A DNA stretch of 63,928 bases, filler included, from Trichosphaerium sp. ATCC 40318 (taxonomy: Eukaryota > Protista > Tubulinea), in assembly GCA_038496445.1 (NCBI GenBank). It is 4 parts of 4 records of this genome, joined end to end, with 100 filler letters (N's around TTAATTAATTAA, not from the genome) between each part and the next. Parts side by side here need not be neighbours in the genome. Positions count along the whole stretch, not along the records: positions 26,514 to 50,668 come from JALMLS010000407.1; positions 50,769 to 58,276 come from JALMLS010000382.1; 2 more parts are not named here. The stretch is one strand, 5' to 3'. Of this stretch, positions 38,564 through 51,124 are shown piece after piece. The notes beneath the pieces were generated by a model. It did not search any database, was not told the origin of the DNA, and saw only the letters and a list, made by a program, of their open reading frames with translations. Position numbers and translations under genes: made by a program. Each line of letters starts with the position of its first letter. The first letter of the stretch is position 1.

Positions 38564-39718
38564 AACTGTGTTGCTTGTTGTAGTACAGTTTTATGGACGT
38601 TTGATATAAAGGAAGTTTGGAAACTTAACGTAGAATGTTAATAAACTAGCATTCAATACTGAAGTTTGCAAGAAATAAGCCTATTTTAGAAGAAGGAAGA
38701 CAAGTGACAACAAAAGAAGGATTTGAACTAGCAACAAAAAATGATAGTGCTGAAATACCAGCAACAGAAGGCGACAATGTGGACGTTTTTTGTCCGTTCA
38801 GACTACCTATAATTGTAAGTGTATGTAGCATGGCTAGTACATGGCATTTTGTACAGCACAAGAGCGTATACGATATCAAACACGTCACTTAAGTCAATAT
38901 TACTGGTTTTGAGTTTTAAAACACATCAAAGAAAAAAAAAAATCAATAAATGTTTCTTCTAATTGAGGCATAAAAAATAATTAAAACACATTTTAAACCA
39001 CGCATACAACAAGCTAGCTAGTAGGATTTTGTTTTAACCCATATCATGTTGTAAAGTGCAATGATGTTCTCCTTTAGATGCCGTGATTTTAATTAGCTTT
39101 TCATTTAAACGTGTGAGCTTTTGTTGGTGTTGTACCATGGCACCACATGCTTTTTTAAAGTTCTGCATGCTCTCAACGGCTTTGAAATTCGTTTATGTTT
39201 GATACGTAGGCAAGAAGGGCAGTTGAGTTTTGGGTCGGTAGTAGGAGTGGAGTACTATACAAAGGCTGTATACCTGAATGAAAGTTTGGAGCAAGATGAT
39301 GACACCAGTACCTTTTGGAACACTGAAACTCATGCTGAATGTCAAAAACCGCTTGATACAACCAAAGAAAGAAGCAGGCTTTCAGAATACGAAGCTGAGG
39401 ATGGTGGTGACCTTGGAGAGTTGTGTAACCCTTCATATAAGCAAAAACAATCCTTATGCACAATAAAATTGGGTTTTTTTCACAATTGTAATGTTTGTTA
39501 TGGCTTTAGTTCGATTTGGGAGTAGGCCTATAGTATTGTTTTTAGATACAAAAATAAGAAGAGAAAACAATAATTTAGAAGGTGTGAGTGATACATTCAC
39601 CAAAGATGTCATAGCTCACGTATATAACGCAAAGTAGATGAAATGTAAAATAAGCTAGCCAAACAAGAAATATAGTACTCTGTCTGAAAGTAAACCAACC
39701 TTGTTCTGAGGGTTTTTT

Positions 39719-40099
39719 TTATTTGTGGAATGTGCTTACAAAAATCCGATCTAATGAAATTTTATCCATTATATGGAGGTGACGGATACTAGAGAGAGTT
39801 TTAAAGTCATCATCACTCATTGTAAAATTGCCACGAATAACTATTTTTGTATTTTTCAAAAGAGGACTTCCATTTAGTTTGAGTAGATTTTCTCTTGACT
39901 TGACAGTCACCTTTAAATACCCTAAATGCTCTAGAATGATCGTAGAGAAGAGTTTACAAACAAACGTTGCAGATATACGGCATTTCTTACCCAACAACGC
40001 CAGAATACAAAATATTATTTCTGTTGGCAGATACACCAATTCTAATGGCCTACGCATATAATCAGCACAATAAGCAGGGTTTATGTTTAATCGAGCCAT
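39719..40099 (-). pseudogene. Truncated F-box/LRR paralog of 43490-44752
   Basis: LPTEIIFCILA.LGKKCRISATFVCKLFSTIIL is nearly identical to the N-terminus of the 420-aa ORF; it stops after the first LRR. Confidence 0.7.
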
Positions 40100-40879
40100 A
40101 AACGGCCTAATTAATGTGCAAGAACATACTCTGAAGAACTAAGCATCGTTTATTGCAAATGTTGTTCAAGCAATGGCAGAATAATATGGAAAGCACGCAC
40201 ATTTAAAAATATTCTGCAGCAATCTTTTATTTCCAAAAAGTTGAAATTCTTGCGTACCTCTAACGTCTTGGTTGGAAGCCTCCAGTGAGCATTGAATATA
40301 TCTTGTGCCTGAGCACTTAAATGATTTGAATGGTGGCTAATAAAAGAGAGTTAAGCACGTGTCCAAGCAAACAACAGAAAGCATACCGCTTTGTGATTTG
40401 GGCAGGACCAGAGTAATCTGGATGACACAATATTGGACAAGACTGGAATGGACTTTACCACAGATAGAATAGAATAGGATAGAGGCGTAAGCAACGGCTA
40501 GAGGCAATTACGCAAAGACTATGATGTACTAGAAAAGTTGTTTGTAGTTTTCTTGTTTGACTGTGAATAAAACAACGATCTCAGGCTTCGTGACCAAGCC
40601 AAGAGATATGCTCCTACATTATGTGTTGCTGTTGTTTTTAAGGAGTCAATGGACGATAGGGACCTAATACGATTTAGACTAAAGTACACATAATCTTCAA
40701 CAACGAATTACTGCGAGCTGTCGTATTTGTAAACTATTGACTACAATTCTTAAACATAAATGGTTAATTGTTGCGCTGTGATAGTTGAGCGCATGTATAA
40801 ATTGACAACCAAAACAAGACTTAACATGAGTTGTGACTGTGATCCATAGTGGATTGCGACACTCAAAACAGCTTACTGA

Positions 40880-41469
40880 AATGACAGACACACCTGCTCA
40901 ATATGCAAGGCTATACAATTTACTACGATTGGAAAGCCCATATTATCTTGTTATTGCCACTGCACATTATGCCAACGCATCACGTGCTCACCCTGTGCAT
41001 TAGTTGTAAGACACCTTCAGCTTTGTTCCAGGTGTTATTGGGCTTTAGGCTATTTACGCTGACAAACAGTTTACTATCACTAAAGGCGCTGATAATAGCC
41101 TACTTTGGTAGCTCAAAAAGATTACAGAGAGGACATTGTAAGACATGCGGAACACCATGTGCTAATAAAATAAAGGCGGGAGGTATGTGTTTTGATTTAG
41201 AAGTAACCTTAACATAACTAGACGGTAATTTGATGTATTCTGCCCAAATGCCTCTGTTTGATGGCTATGTTGATGAAAAACTAGCAGATATACTGAAACC
41301 AAAGGTTCATATCTGTTATGACAATCGTGTTGTTGATATCAAGGACGGTTTGGTAAAGTTGAAGGTACAACTTTTTTTTTTCTGATTTTTTGAAAGTTGG
41401 CGTTTAACTATGAGACACAGGATATGCTAACAGAATTTGGTGGTTCTGGAGATATATTTGAACATTAGC
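40880..41469 (+). CDS. GFA/CENP-V (Mss4-like) Zn-binding protein, spliced; start uncertain
   Basis: CSICKAIQF...CYCHCTLCQR...RGHCKTCGTP...KPKVHICYDNRVVDIKDGL. Confidence 0.8.
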
Positions 41470-42531
41470 GAGGAATGAGAATAAAAAGTAATTTTGTCCG
41501 GAAAAAACGAAGAAAACGATTGACATGACACGATGTGCTTTTTTTTTTTGTCAGATACATTTTTGTTTCTTTTCGGTTTTATCGCCGTTGTGACTTTATG
41601 TAAGTACAAAGCAAAATCATAGTTGCCTAAGCCAATACTGAATACCACGTGACCATTTTGAAGAACAGCTGAATTCACTCCAAGAACACCTATTATCGTA
41701 CTAGTAGTGAGAAGCTATATTTACAATCAACAAACCTGGAACGAACTGTTTGTCTTTCCATACAATAACACCACCTTCACGAATAACGTCATAACTCTCA
41801 ATCAATGGTACCCAAACTCTCCCTGTACTGCTAAGTGGTACTGTTACGCTGTGTTTGTAAATAGGCATTGTACAACCAGTCGCCTACAGCAAAGTCAGTT
41901 TGAAACGCATGGCTTCACTCAAAACAATTAAGTCCTTTGGATGTAAAAAACATTACAAAAGAAGCTGTTGAGGGATTAAGTATAACTTGGATCTTAGACA
42001 ATAAATAATTAATACTATTATGTTCATAAGTTCTTAAGTTTATAAAAGATTTGAGTCCAGCAATTATCATTGTCATTGTTTAGTCTGTACGTTTCCCAAA
42101 ATATTATTGAGTGCCTTTACTCCTTCTTCTGATTAACAGGAAGCGTTGTTGGTATCAAGTGATGGATAAATAATTGGCAGTGCAAAGTAAGGACAATAGC
42201 AGACCGTTTGAGGACAAGAATTATAGTTCTTTCTTTCTTAGTGATAGCGTTAAAGCCGACTTTGCAGCTATTGCAAATAACCAAAGAACATCATTGACAA
42301 GTTTTATCTGGCTAGCAAATTATCCAATGATAGTCAACTATTTTGTGAGTCAACAGGCAAAAAGCAGATTTTTTTGGCAAACCTTCGATAAAAGCACGTG
42401 TTTTTTTTTTTTGACAAGGTACGCCCACCGCCGTATTCACACTATAGTTTTCTACGCTAATATACTGCTTAAATACGTCTATCATTAGTGGTATTAATTT
42501 ATTACTATTAGAGCGGTTGTTTCAATTCTTA

Positions 42532-43242
42532 ATGGCGCTTGAGCGCAAGGTACTTGTTGTTTTACCAGTTTTTTGAATTGATTGTATTTATTGTTTATCA
42601 CTGAACTGTGGCTAGGCTAATACGTCAACACCATGTGAGAACCTTCTTTTGATACTTCCAATGGAGTTACAATTATCTATTATCTCTTTAGACGTCGAAG
42701 TATATTTAAGGTGGCCAGTGTTATCTAAGGATGCAGCAGTGACAACTCGATTTGATTATGAGCTAAAAAAACATGGAAAATGGGTTGTACATGATGCAAC
42801 AAACCACGTTTCGAAGCAAGTCTTACCGTGGATAACTACAAAACGACAAGAATATTATTGGAAACATGGTAAGCTTAACGGACAACGTAAATGGTATGCA
42901 AATGGTCAAATAGCTGAGGAGCTTATTGTCAATGATATTGGTGATGGAGAGTTCAAACGATGGCATACAAACGGTCAAATGTGGGATAAGTTTCAAATCG
43001 CTAATGGTAAACAAGAAGGTGATCACAAGGAATGGTTTAAGAACGGGCAATTATTAAGACTTTGTCATCGTGTTAAGGGTAAACTACATGGATTAGAAAT
43101 GGAATGGTATGATAATGGCCAACTGAAAAAGGAGTGCACATACGTTAATGGAATACGTCATGGACAGTATAAGTTTTGGACAAAGAGTGGTACATTGAAA
43201 CAGCAAAGCGTTTATGTCATTGGTACATGTACTGACCAATAA
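42532..43242 (+). CDS. MORN-variant (YwqK-like) repeat protein with an F-box-like N-terminus
   Basis: Repeats of G....WYxNGQL; N-terminal LLILPMELQLSII; a probable short first exon MALERK precedes ORF 42649-43242. Confidence 0.8.
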
Positions 43243-43489
43243 AGTCAAAAGAGTTTTGTTAGAATGTCTTGTGTATTGTGCTATTTACAATATTGCTTTA
43301 ATGTTGAAGAGACTTGGAATCTATGGGCTCTGCCCGTGCAGTTTTAAATGCTGCTTGTGTCGCCACTGTAAGAGGCGTGGATGTCCGAGTATAGTGGGTA
43401 AGGTTGTGTAGTAAGTATCATTACATTACATGACTTAAGCATCCTTACAAATCTAGAGTGTAAATATACAGTTTTGAGTAAGCAAGTTT

Positions 43490-44752
43490 CTATGGCAAAT
43501 ACGTAGAGGAAAACGCTTCTTGCCACATATTAAAGGACTGGTTTGTGATTTTTACAATGCATCCTAGAGAGTCAACCATCTTCTTTGTTATTTGAGTACC
43601 ATCACAATAAATGTAATCAAGGCTTGTTAAACCAACAATTCCATCATCTGTGATTTGTGAGCAGTACTCTAGAGATAATTGCTTAACACCAATAAGACTG
43701 TTCACTCCTTTGTCTGTTATGTGGTTACAATTGTGAAGGCTTATGACTTTAACACCAACCAAGTATCTTAAACCTTCATCTGTTACAGATGTGCGATTAA
43801 GAAAAATTGCATGTACTCCAGCAAGTGCCTTCAAAGTAGTATCATTAACACAATCAAGATACGAAATATCAATGACTTTTACACCTGCCAATTGTTTTAT
43901 CCCATCATTTGTTACAGATCTACAACCAGTCAAGGCAATATGACGTACTCCTACCAAACATGATAGAGTATCATTTTTAATATGTGTATAACCAAGCCCT
44001 ATACAAGGTATACCAGCCAAAAGTTGTAACACATTGTTTGATATTTGAGTACAGCGATTAAGATTAATTTTTTTGATTTTGTTTGTTGTTTGATTTTGTG
44101 TTAGCAGATACTTTACTCCTTCATCTGTAATGAGTTTACACCCACCAAAAGATATTTCAGTTGCATTTGTTAATGCTCTTACACTTTTATCTGTAATACA
44201 ACAGTGGTCAAGCTTTATCTTGTGTACACTACCTGCAATGGCAATGACACCTTTGTCTGTAATATAGTAGCAATATGTTAAGTTAATGGTGTGAACCCCA
44301 GCAAGCGCTTCAAGTCCTTTATCTCTTATATTTGTACGTGTAACATCAATTGTATGAATACCATGAAGTGATTTAAATCCCAAATGTATGAACTTGCATC
44401 GAAATTTTCTTATTCGTAGTTGCAGATGATGTACACCTGAAATATGTTCTAACATAACATCCGTAAATGAAATCCCCTGATCTTTTATTTCAAGGTGATG
44501 GACACCAGAGAGATTTTTAAAGTCATCATCACTCATTTTCAAACGATTAATAAGTATTTTAGTATTTTTCAAAAGAGGACTTCCACACAGCGTGACTAGA
44601 TTTTCTCTTGACTTGACAGTCACCTTTAAATACCCCAAATGATTTAAAATGATTGTAGAAAAGAGTTTACAAACAAACGTGGCAGATATACGGCATTTCT
44701 TGCCCAAAAACGCCAGAATACAAAATATAATTTCTGTCGGTAGCTGAAGCAA
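43490..44752 (-). CDS. F-box/LRR protein
   Basis: LLQLPTEIIFCIL F-box, GSPLLKNT linker and LAGVH-type LRRs in one uninterrupted 420-aa frame. Confidence 0.85.
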   Translation of the reverse strand: MLQLPTEIIFCILAFLGKKCRISATFVCKLFSTIILNHLGYLKVTVKSRENLVTLCGSPLLKNTKILINRLKMSDDDFKNLSGVHHLEIKDQGISFTDVMLEHISGVHHLQLRIRKFRCKFIHLGFKSLHGIHTIDVTRTNIRDKGLEALAGVHTINLTYCYYITDKGVIAIAGSVHKIKLDHCCITDKSVRALTNATEISFGGCKLITDEGVKYLLTQNQTTNKIKKINLNRCTQISNNVLQLLAGIPCIGLGYTHIKNDTLSCLVGVRHIALTGCRSVTNDGIKQLAGVKVIDISYLDCVNDTTLKALAGVHAIFLNRTSVTDEGLRYLVGVKVISLHNCNHITDKGVNSLIGVKQLSLEYCSQITDDGIVGLTSLDYIYCDGTQITKKMVDSLGCIVKITNQSFNMWQEAFSSTYLP

Positions 44753-45793
44753 TTCAAATGGCCTGGTAATACGTAATTAGGAAAGATTGTGGTTTAGCGA
44801 GTAAAAAGCTAGGCTATTGTAAAAAAACGCACTCTAGTGTTGATGTTCGAAGCATGCTCTGTCAGCGCAATTATTTTGTTAAAGAGATGTTGTACACGTG
44901 CTTGTATTAAATTGTGACTTAAACAGTGTAACTATTCGGAAGTGGTTTCAGTGATTGTTCAATAATTACATTCATTTTGGGTTTGCTCATGTTCAAGAAG
45001 AAGAAGCGCCCTTCAAAGCTATGGAAAAGAATACACAGTCGTTATGACAACGAGCATCTAGCAGTCATAGGTCCAAACAGACCCAATAGGTCAAACAATT
45101 ATATTCAAATTAGACCTGCACTTCATGACATTGCGCAACAGGTAAACTTCTAATCAACAAACAACATACATTCAATATCGGGGTTTTTTTGAAAGCACAG
45201 TAAGACCTTGTGTTTTATTTCCTTATAAAAACAGTTTTTCAAGGCATGGGAGGGAAATAAAAAGGTGAAGATTTTGAAGTGTAATTGTAAACAGCAAATC
45301 TTTTTCCAATGCTGCTTTTTTATTTGAAAAAAAATCAGTCTTGACTGTCTCTAACAGCTGTTCTTTAGCAAAACACAAGCATACCTCAATTTTTCTACAA
45401 TCCCAATCGCTGCCGGAGTTACTATGAAACCGGATATTGTGGATACGGCAACCTCTGCAGGTGGGAACACGGAGAAACTGACTGGCTTCCAAAATACAAG
45501 CAAAATGAAGTTTGCGAAGGAAAAGAAAAAACAATTGAGACTATGCGTGACGACCCCTTTATTGCTAGATACGGCCAACGAAAACGTGGACTACAATAAA
45601 ATGTATGCACTTTTAACAAATACTGTCATTTCGCACATGTGTTCTAATGTGATAAGGTTGAACAATTTAGACCTTCCAAATTCGATCAGAAACCAATATT
45701 GTACGCCAGAAAAGGAAACCACGTGTAGCTCCATTTGAGCATATTGTATTACAAAGAATACAGATTACACTAAATAGAAGTATACCCTTAAAT

Positions 45794-46384
45794 CTACGTA
45801 TCTACAGTTCCTGGGTTGCGAAGAATCTCTCCTTCATATGTTTTGAGTTGTTTCATAAATCCATCATTTGGCTCTACAAACGGCCTCACGGTTCTAATGT
45901 GATCTATAGCTTGTTTTATACCGTAACCTTCAACATTCATCATGTATGCAATAACTATAGTAGGTGCTCTACTTGCTCCAGCGCCACTAAAAACCACAAT
46001 TAACGAGTCACATTTTCGTTGAAGTTATGTTCAAAGTATTTTGCTCTTCTTACATACCAATGAACTAAAACTCGTCCTTTGTTCTCTAGCGCTTCTGAAA
46101 TGAACATATTACACTCTTGAAAGTGTTCCCGGATGTTTGTCTTTTCATTATCCCAGAATGTAAGTACTTTGTACTTAAAACAGTCTACGAATGGAGGAAA
46201 AGGCATTGTATCGCATATCATCACAATATGGGTTATTTTATTTTTATCAAGCGCTTTTTTATCGTTAGCATCGCTTCTTGAGCCCTTTCAGTGCGTTAGA
46301 ATGTGGTTTTAATGAAAAGAAATGTATGAATGGACAGAATTGTTTATGACGTACTAAAAACAGACCAGGCAATACTTCATTCAT
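45794..46384 (-). CDS. Atypical dual-specificity protein phosphatase
   Basis: MNEVLPGLFL|GS, spliced catalytic loop VLVHC|GAGASRAPTIVIAYMM, and RPFVEPNDGFMKQL. Confidence 0.92.
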
Positions 46385-46622
46385 TGCTTGTACGTGTGTT
46401 GTATTATTAACTTGTAATAAATAGGTGGCACAAAACCCCGATTGTTCAGTGAACTACTTTAAGTTTAACAGCAATCATGTTTTACATCTCTCGTAGTCAA
46501 TAACGTGATTTTACTATTATTCACAATCACGCGTGTTACCAGTTGCAACAACCATCAATATATACAAACAGAAGTAAAGGAGAACAAAGAAAGACATGAT
46601 AATTAAGAACTTTTTTTTTGCT

Positions 46623-49442
46623 TTATTGTTTAGCTTTACCAGCCTGTAGAATCTCGTCTACCAAAAGCAAATTCGTTGCAACACTGATAGCAGAGTGAAG
46701 AAGTTGTCTTTTAACTCTGTAAATATCATAGACGCCAGCAGCTTCAGGGGACATTGGCTTACCACTCCAGATATCAAGTCTTTAAATAAAACAGTAAGAA
46801 CAAGCTTGGGAAATTATTTTTCTAATTGTTTTTTTCAAAGTAATATATTGGCTCCTGCAGAAGGAAAAACTACGTTTAATATCCGTAGAGCGCCATCCAA
46901 GAAGCCGTAATGTGCACGCACAGAAGAAGAAAAAAAAGAGAAAACACAAGGCGAGAAAAAGAGATGAGAGAAAAATAGTGAAAATCAATTTTGTTTCATG
47001 ATAACATACCCAACGCAGTGACCCTTTTTATGTTCAGATTTAAGTGCCAACAATGCATCAATTTGGTCAATACCAGAGTTAACAGCAAGAGTCTTTGGGA
47101 TAGCCAAGAGAGCATCTGCAAGGCATTCTACACCAAGACGTTTACGGCCTTCTACAGATGAAGCAAATTCATGCAAGAAAGCAGAACATGCCATTTCAAA
47201 AGCACCACCACCCTAAAAACCGGCGAGTCAGAATCGAGCGAGTACAGTTCACCGAACAGCGAAATAAAGAAACATTTCAAAAAAAAAAAACAAAATTGAT
47301 TGATTTTGAAAATGTTCAAGAAAGAAGGCGTACAGGGACAACACATTTATCATCAATGGTGTTTTTAACAGCACGAAGACCATCACGGATAGCATCCTTA
47401 ATTTGATAGATAGTATGCTTGTTAGGACCTAGAGAGAAAGTCAAAAAAAATCCTTTTAAAAAAAAAGCGATAAAACCAGAATACTTCAAGCTTCGTACCT
47501 TTAATCAAGATACTGCAAGAGTTTGGATTTTTGACGTCCTTTACAAAAGTGTATTTCTCCTCTCCGAGAACTTGAGTGTAAACAGTACCGGCTTGACCCA
47601 AAACTTCTGGGGAAATATCTTCCAAGGAGTTTACGGCAGTACTAAAGGAAAAATGTTAAAAACGAACATTAAAAAAAAAAAGAAAACAGACGTACCCGCC
47701 ACAGGCAAGCATGAGACGTTCCATGTTTCTACGCTTAGCACGTCTGAGGGCCATAATACCTTCTTTAGCGAGCATATCAAGGCTCATAGGGTCAATACCC
47801 TACAAAGAAAGATTAGCTGAAACATCTCCACAAAAAAGAAGCTTGGTCCAAAGTTGTAGTTTTTAAGTTTAAAGCGCTTACCTTTTGGTTGATAATGACG
47901 AATCCTTTGTCTTCAGTATCACATACTTGTCTCTTAAGTTCGATGATCTTTCTTACCTTATCATCACAAAATTTACGTTCACCTTCAACGAGTTTCTGAC
48001 GTTGTTCAGCAGATTCCCAACTGGCTTCTAAAGAAAAAAAAAAATAAACACATGCCCAGCATGTTGCTTTAAAACATTTTCTTATTAAATGAGGGGTTTA
48101 AAATCAGCTATCTATGGGTTTGAGTTTCATCGTCAAAGAACTTACGAAGACCGTCGTTGTTTCATCATTTAAACAAAAAATCGAAAAAAAAACAAACAAC
48201 CGAGAAAATAAAACTTTGTTGGAGAAAAATGACGTACCATTGTTAGTATCAGCTTTCTCGAACTCAAGGGATACGTTACAGGTGAGAATAAAGCACTAGT
48301 TATAAAAATGAGATGAAAAGAAAGCGATGTAAATGAAATAAAATTAAAGTACGTTTTTAAGACGTTTTGGCATCTCTGGGTGTCTAGGACCGTGATCCAA
48401 TACTAAACCCTTTACTAGTTGAGTGTCTACATCTGATTTATGTTGCATAGCTTGGATTTCAACCTATACATTACGTCAAAACAAGAGTATCGAGCAAAAG
48501 AAAGTTGCAATCAAATTTTAAGCAAGATAGAAAATCCGCGCTTAAGGAGTTGTGCGTTTTTCTATTTCGCGAGAATCTAGTATCGTACCATGTGTAAATC
48601 GATTGGTTTTTCACCTTGTTTGACGCATAGAATGGCATCAACAACAACAGGCGTTAAAACGTTAGCGAGCTTGGCATGAACTTTAGTTGCCAAAGATGCG
48701 TTTGCTACGCATGACAAGAGTTCGTTGGTCATCTCTTCTGGTTTCTAAAAGCGTACCTGTCAGTCACGTAGAAAAATTAAAAAAAAACATTTGAAAACCC
48801 GCGTTAAACCACTGACGCTTACCTTTTGGATGGCGCATTTGTCTAAAAATTCCAATGCCTTTCGCTCAGCGAGGTGGATACCGTCTGCGAGAGCCCGTGG
48901 GTGAACACCTTCTGCCAACCATCGGCTAGCCTGAAAAGTGTCAGACGCGATGTAATAGTACGTTGTCGCTTACTTGGGAGAGGATTTCGCCAATAATGAT
49001 GACATTGGACGTTGTACCATCACCTGTAATTTTATCTTGTGCTACAGCGCTGCGAGCGATTAAACTGGCGGTAGGGTGGTTTATGTGCTAGTAAATTACT
49101 TAGATGAAAATAACTGCGATTTAGGCGAGATCTAGAATACAGCGTTGATGGCTAATGTACGCACCATTTCTTTGAGTAATACGTTTCCATCCTTTGTCAA
49201 TTTAATATCGCCAGCACCAGAAACCAACCTTGAAGCCGTGTGAGGAAAATCAGTGTTTAGTGCCCCTGAGCGCTTCAAATCGCTCCAAATTACGGTATAT
49301 CGTACATTTTGAGTGTTCCTCTTGGTCCTAGGTTAGAGGCGAGAATTTTTTGCAAGCTCTTCGCTGAGTTAATATTAATGAGCAGAGCATGCTGTGCGCT
49401 GGCAATTTGAGCGTCCTTGCTAACGAGCTTGAGGGCAGACAT
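46623..49442 (-). CDS. CCT6: T-complex protein 1 subunit zeta (CCT6), multi-exon
   Basis: [97 protein letters not shown]. Confidence 0.96.
48097..48173 (-). ncRNA. Intronic box C/D snoRNA, SNORD35/snR73-like
   Basis: C box ATGATGA, D box CTGA, short terminal stem, and guide ACGACGGTCT complementary to the conserved LSU rRNA sequence AGACCGUCGU. It lies in an unusually long CCT6 intron. Confidence 0.8.
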
Positions 49443-49737
49443 GTTGTACAGGGTGTAAAAAAGAACAACAAAAAAATCTTTAAATTTCTACAAAAAACAC
49501 TTAAAGAACCCGTTCATCAAACCCTCTCAAGGTGTACATGTACACCATAAAAACACTGTCTCACAACAAGCATGCTGAAATATTTCGGCTTCCTCTGAAA
49601 TGACTTGACATTACATCTTGAGGGAAAATACCGTACAAAACTTTTTCGGTTTTTTTTTTGTTTGTAGCGAACTAAGTTCAGCGTCCTGCTGTGTCACTCC
49701 TGTATATAACCATCGCTTGTATCCACGCGTATTTTAA

Positions 49738-50476
49738 ATGGAGACAGCCGAGAAAGTGTGGCAGGTGCTCGTCACTGGCTTATGGGGTAGTCGTGAGGGC
49801 GTTCTTCGCCTGCATGGCATAATAAACGTAACTTACGGTATTGCTGCTTTGCTATCACCTACTATGGTGTTTCAGCATTTATATTCCGCTTCAGACAGTA
49901 CGTAGATCAATATTATATTAATACAAGCGTTTTGGCTAACAAAAGCGTAGTAATGTTCAGAACACTTGATTATTACTTGATGTGGGTACGTATAACGCAA
50001 TGCTAGCTTTTCGTAGGCTTATACAACTGTCAGGATATTTTCGCTTGTCAGTGCCTGCCTTTAGGTGCGCTTCAGCTATACGCATCAACTTCAAAGGAAG
50101 AAGACTTAAAAAAGGTACGCTGTCACTCAATAAACAAGATTTCACTTATTGTTCGTGTCACTAAACAATTTCGCTTACAAATATCAGCTGGTAATCGCTT
50201 CATCTTTCTTTACACGCTCAGTATACGTTTTCTGCATATTCTTTTATCCACTAGCCCACAATTTCGATTTTGGTTACCTGGTTGATAGGCCAATATCTGC
50301 GTTCTATAAGGTCGAAAGGATTTGGAGTTACTACTCAATTTATCAACATTTTTATTGGGCTTTCTTACATGACGTATCAGACTATTTTATGTAACATCAA
50401 CACTTGTATAAACTCGTTATCCGTAACAAAAAAAAAAAAATTACCTGTAACAAGATGTAATAAAAACCACTGTTGA
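49738..50476 (+). CDS. Possible small spliced membrane protein, divergent from CCT6
   Basis: Short hydrophobic exons separated by GT-AG intron-like segments; no family recognised. Confidence 0.25.
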
Positions 50477-50668
50477 CCACCACAACTTTAATACTACTAC
50501 AGTTGTTACCTATTCTGATAGCGCAAAAGTCCAATCACGCTGAATAAAACGTAAAACATTAGCAAGCTATGAAATCACGTAAAAGACGTGCCTATACACT
50601 TCATTTTCAACGTGATAATGTTGGCAGGGCTAAAGAGAAGGCACAGGCAAAAAAAACGTAAACTATCT

Positions 50669-50768
50669 NNNNNNNNNNNNNNNNNNNNNNNNNNNNNNNN
50701 NNNNNNNNNNNNTTAATTAATTAANNNNNNNNNNNNNNNNNNNNNNNNNNNNNNNNNNNNNNNNNNNN
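50669..50768. other. Artificial contig linker (eukaryote/bacterium boundary)
   Basis: 44 N + TTAATTAATTAA + 44 N. Confidence 0.99.
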
Positions 50769-51124
50769 TGCATTTCACTTTGAAATGGGCAAGGGCGAGA
50801 TGCCCGTTCTTCTTGTTGAAACATCTTGGCGTGCCGCTTTCGGTCTGCTGCCAGGGCTGCTTCCATCATAGCATCAAGCTGTAGCTTCAATTTATTCTTA
50901 ATGAAAAAAAGCCGTTTGAATGTTATCTTTTGTTAACATGTGTCTAAGACCCATGGGAGGTTAACTGAGGTGAGCAGAATTGCAAATTGGATGGAAGCAT
51001 TAGATTTCAATTTGAAATGAGATTGCAGATTGTAACGCTCGGATCATCATTGAGCGAGTAAAGGGCGTGTATCTCCGCCCATGTCATCATATTTGTAAAT
51101 CGACCGCACATAGCCTGATGCTAC

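Noticed and set aside
1-50668. Alternative genetic code suggested by fragmented ORFs
   Set aside because: Fragments join through canonical GT-AG introns, and TAA, TAG and TGA all serve as true stops.
50669-50768. Bacterial island integrated in a eukaryotic chromosome (HGT)
   Set aside because: The boundary is an artificial linker, not a sequenced junction.
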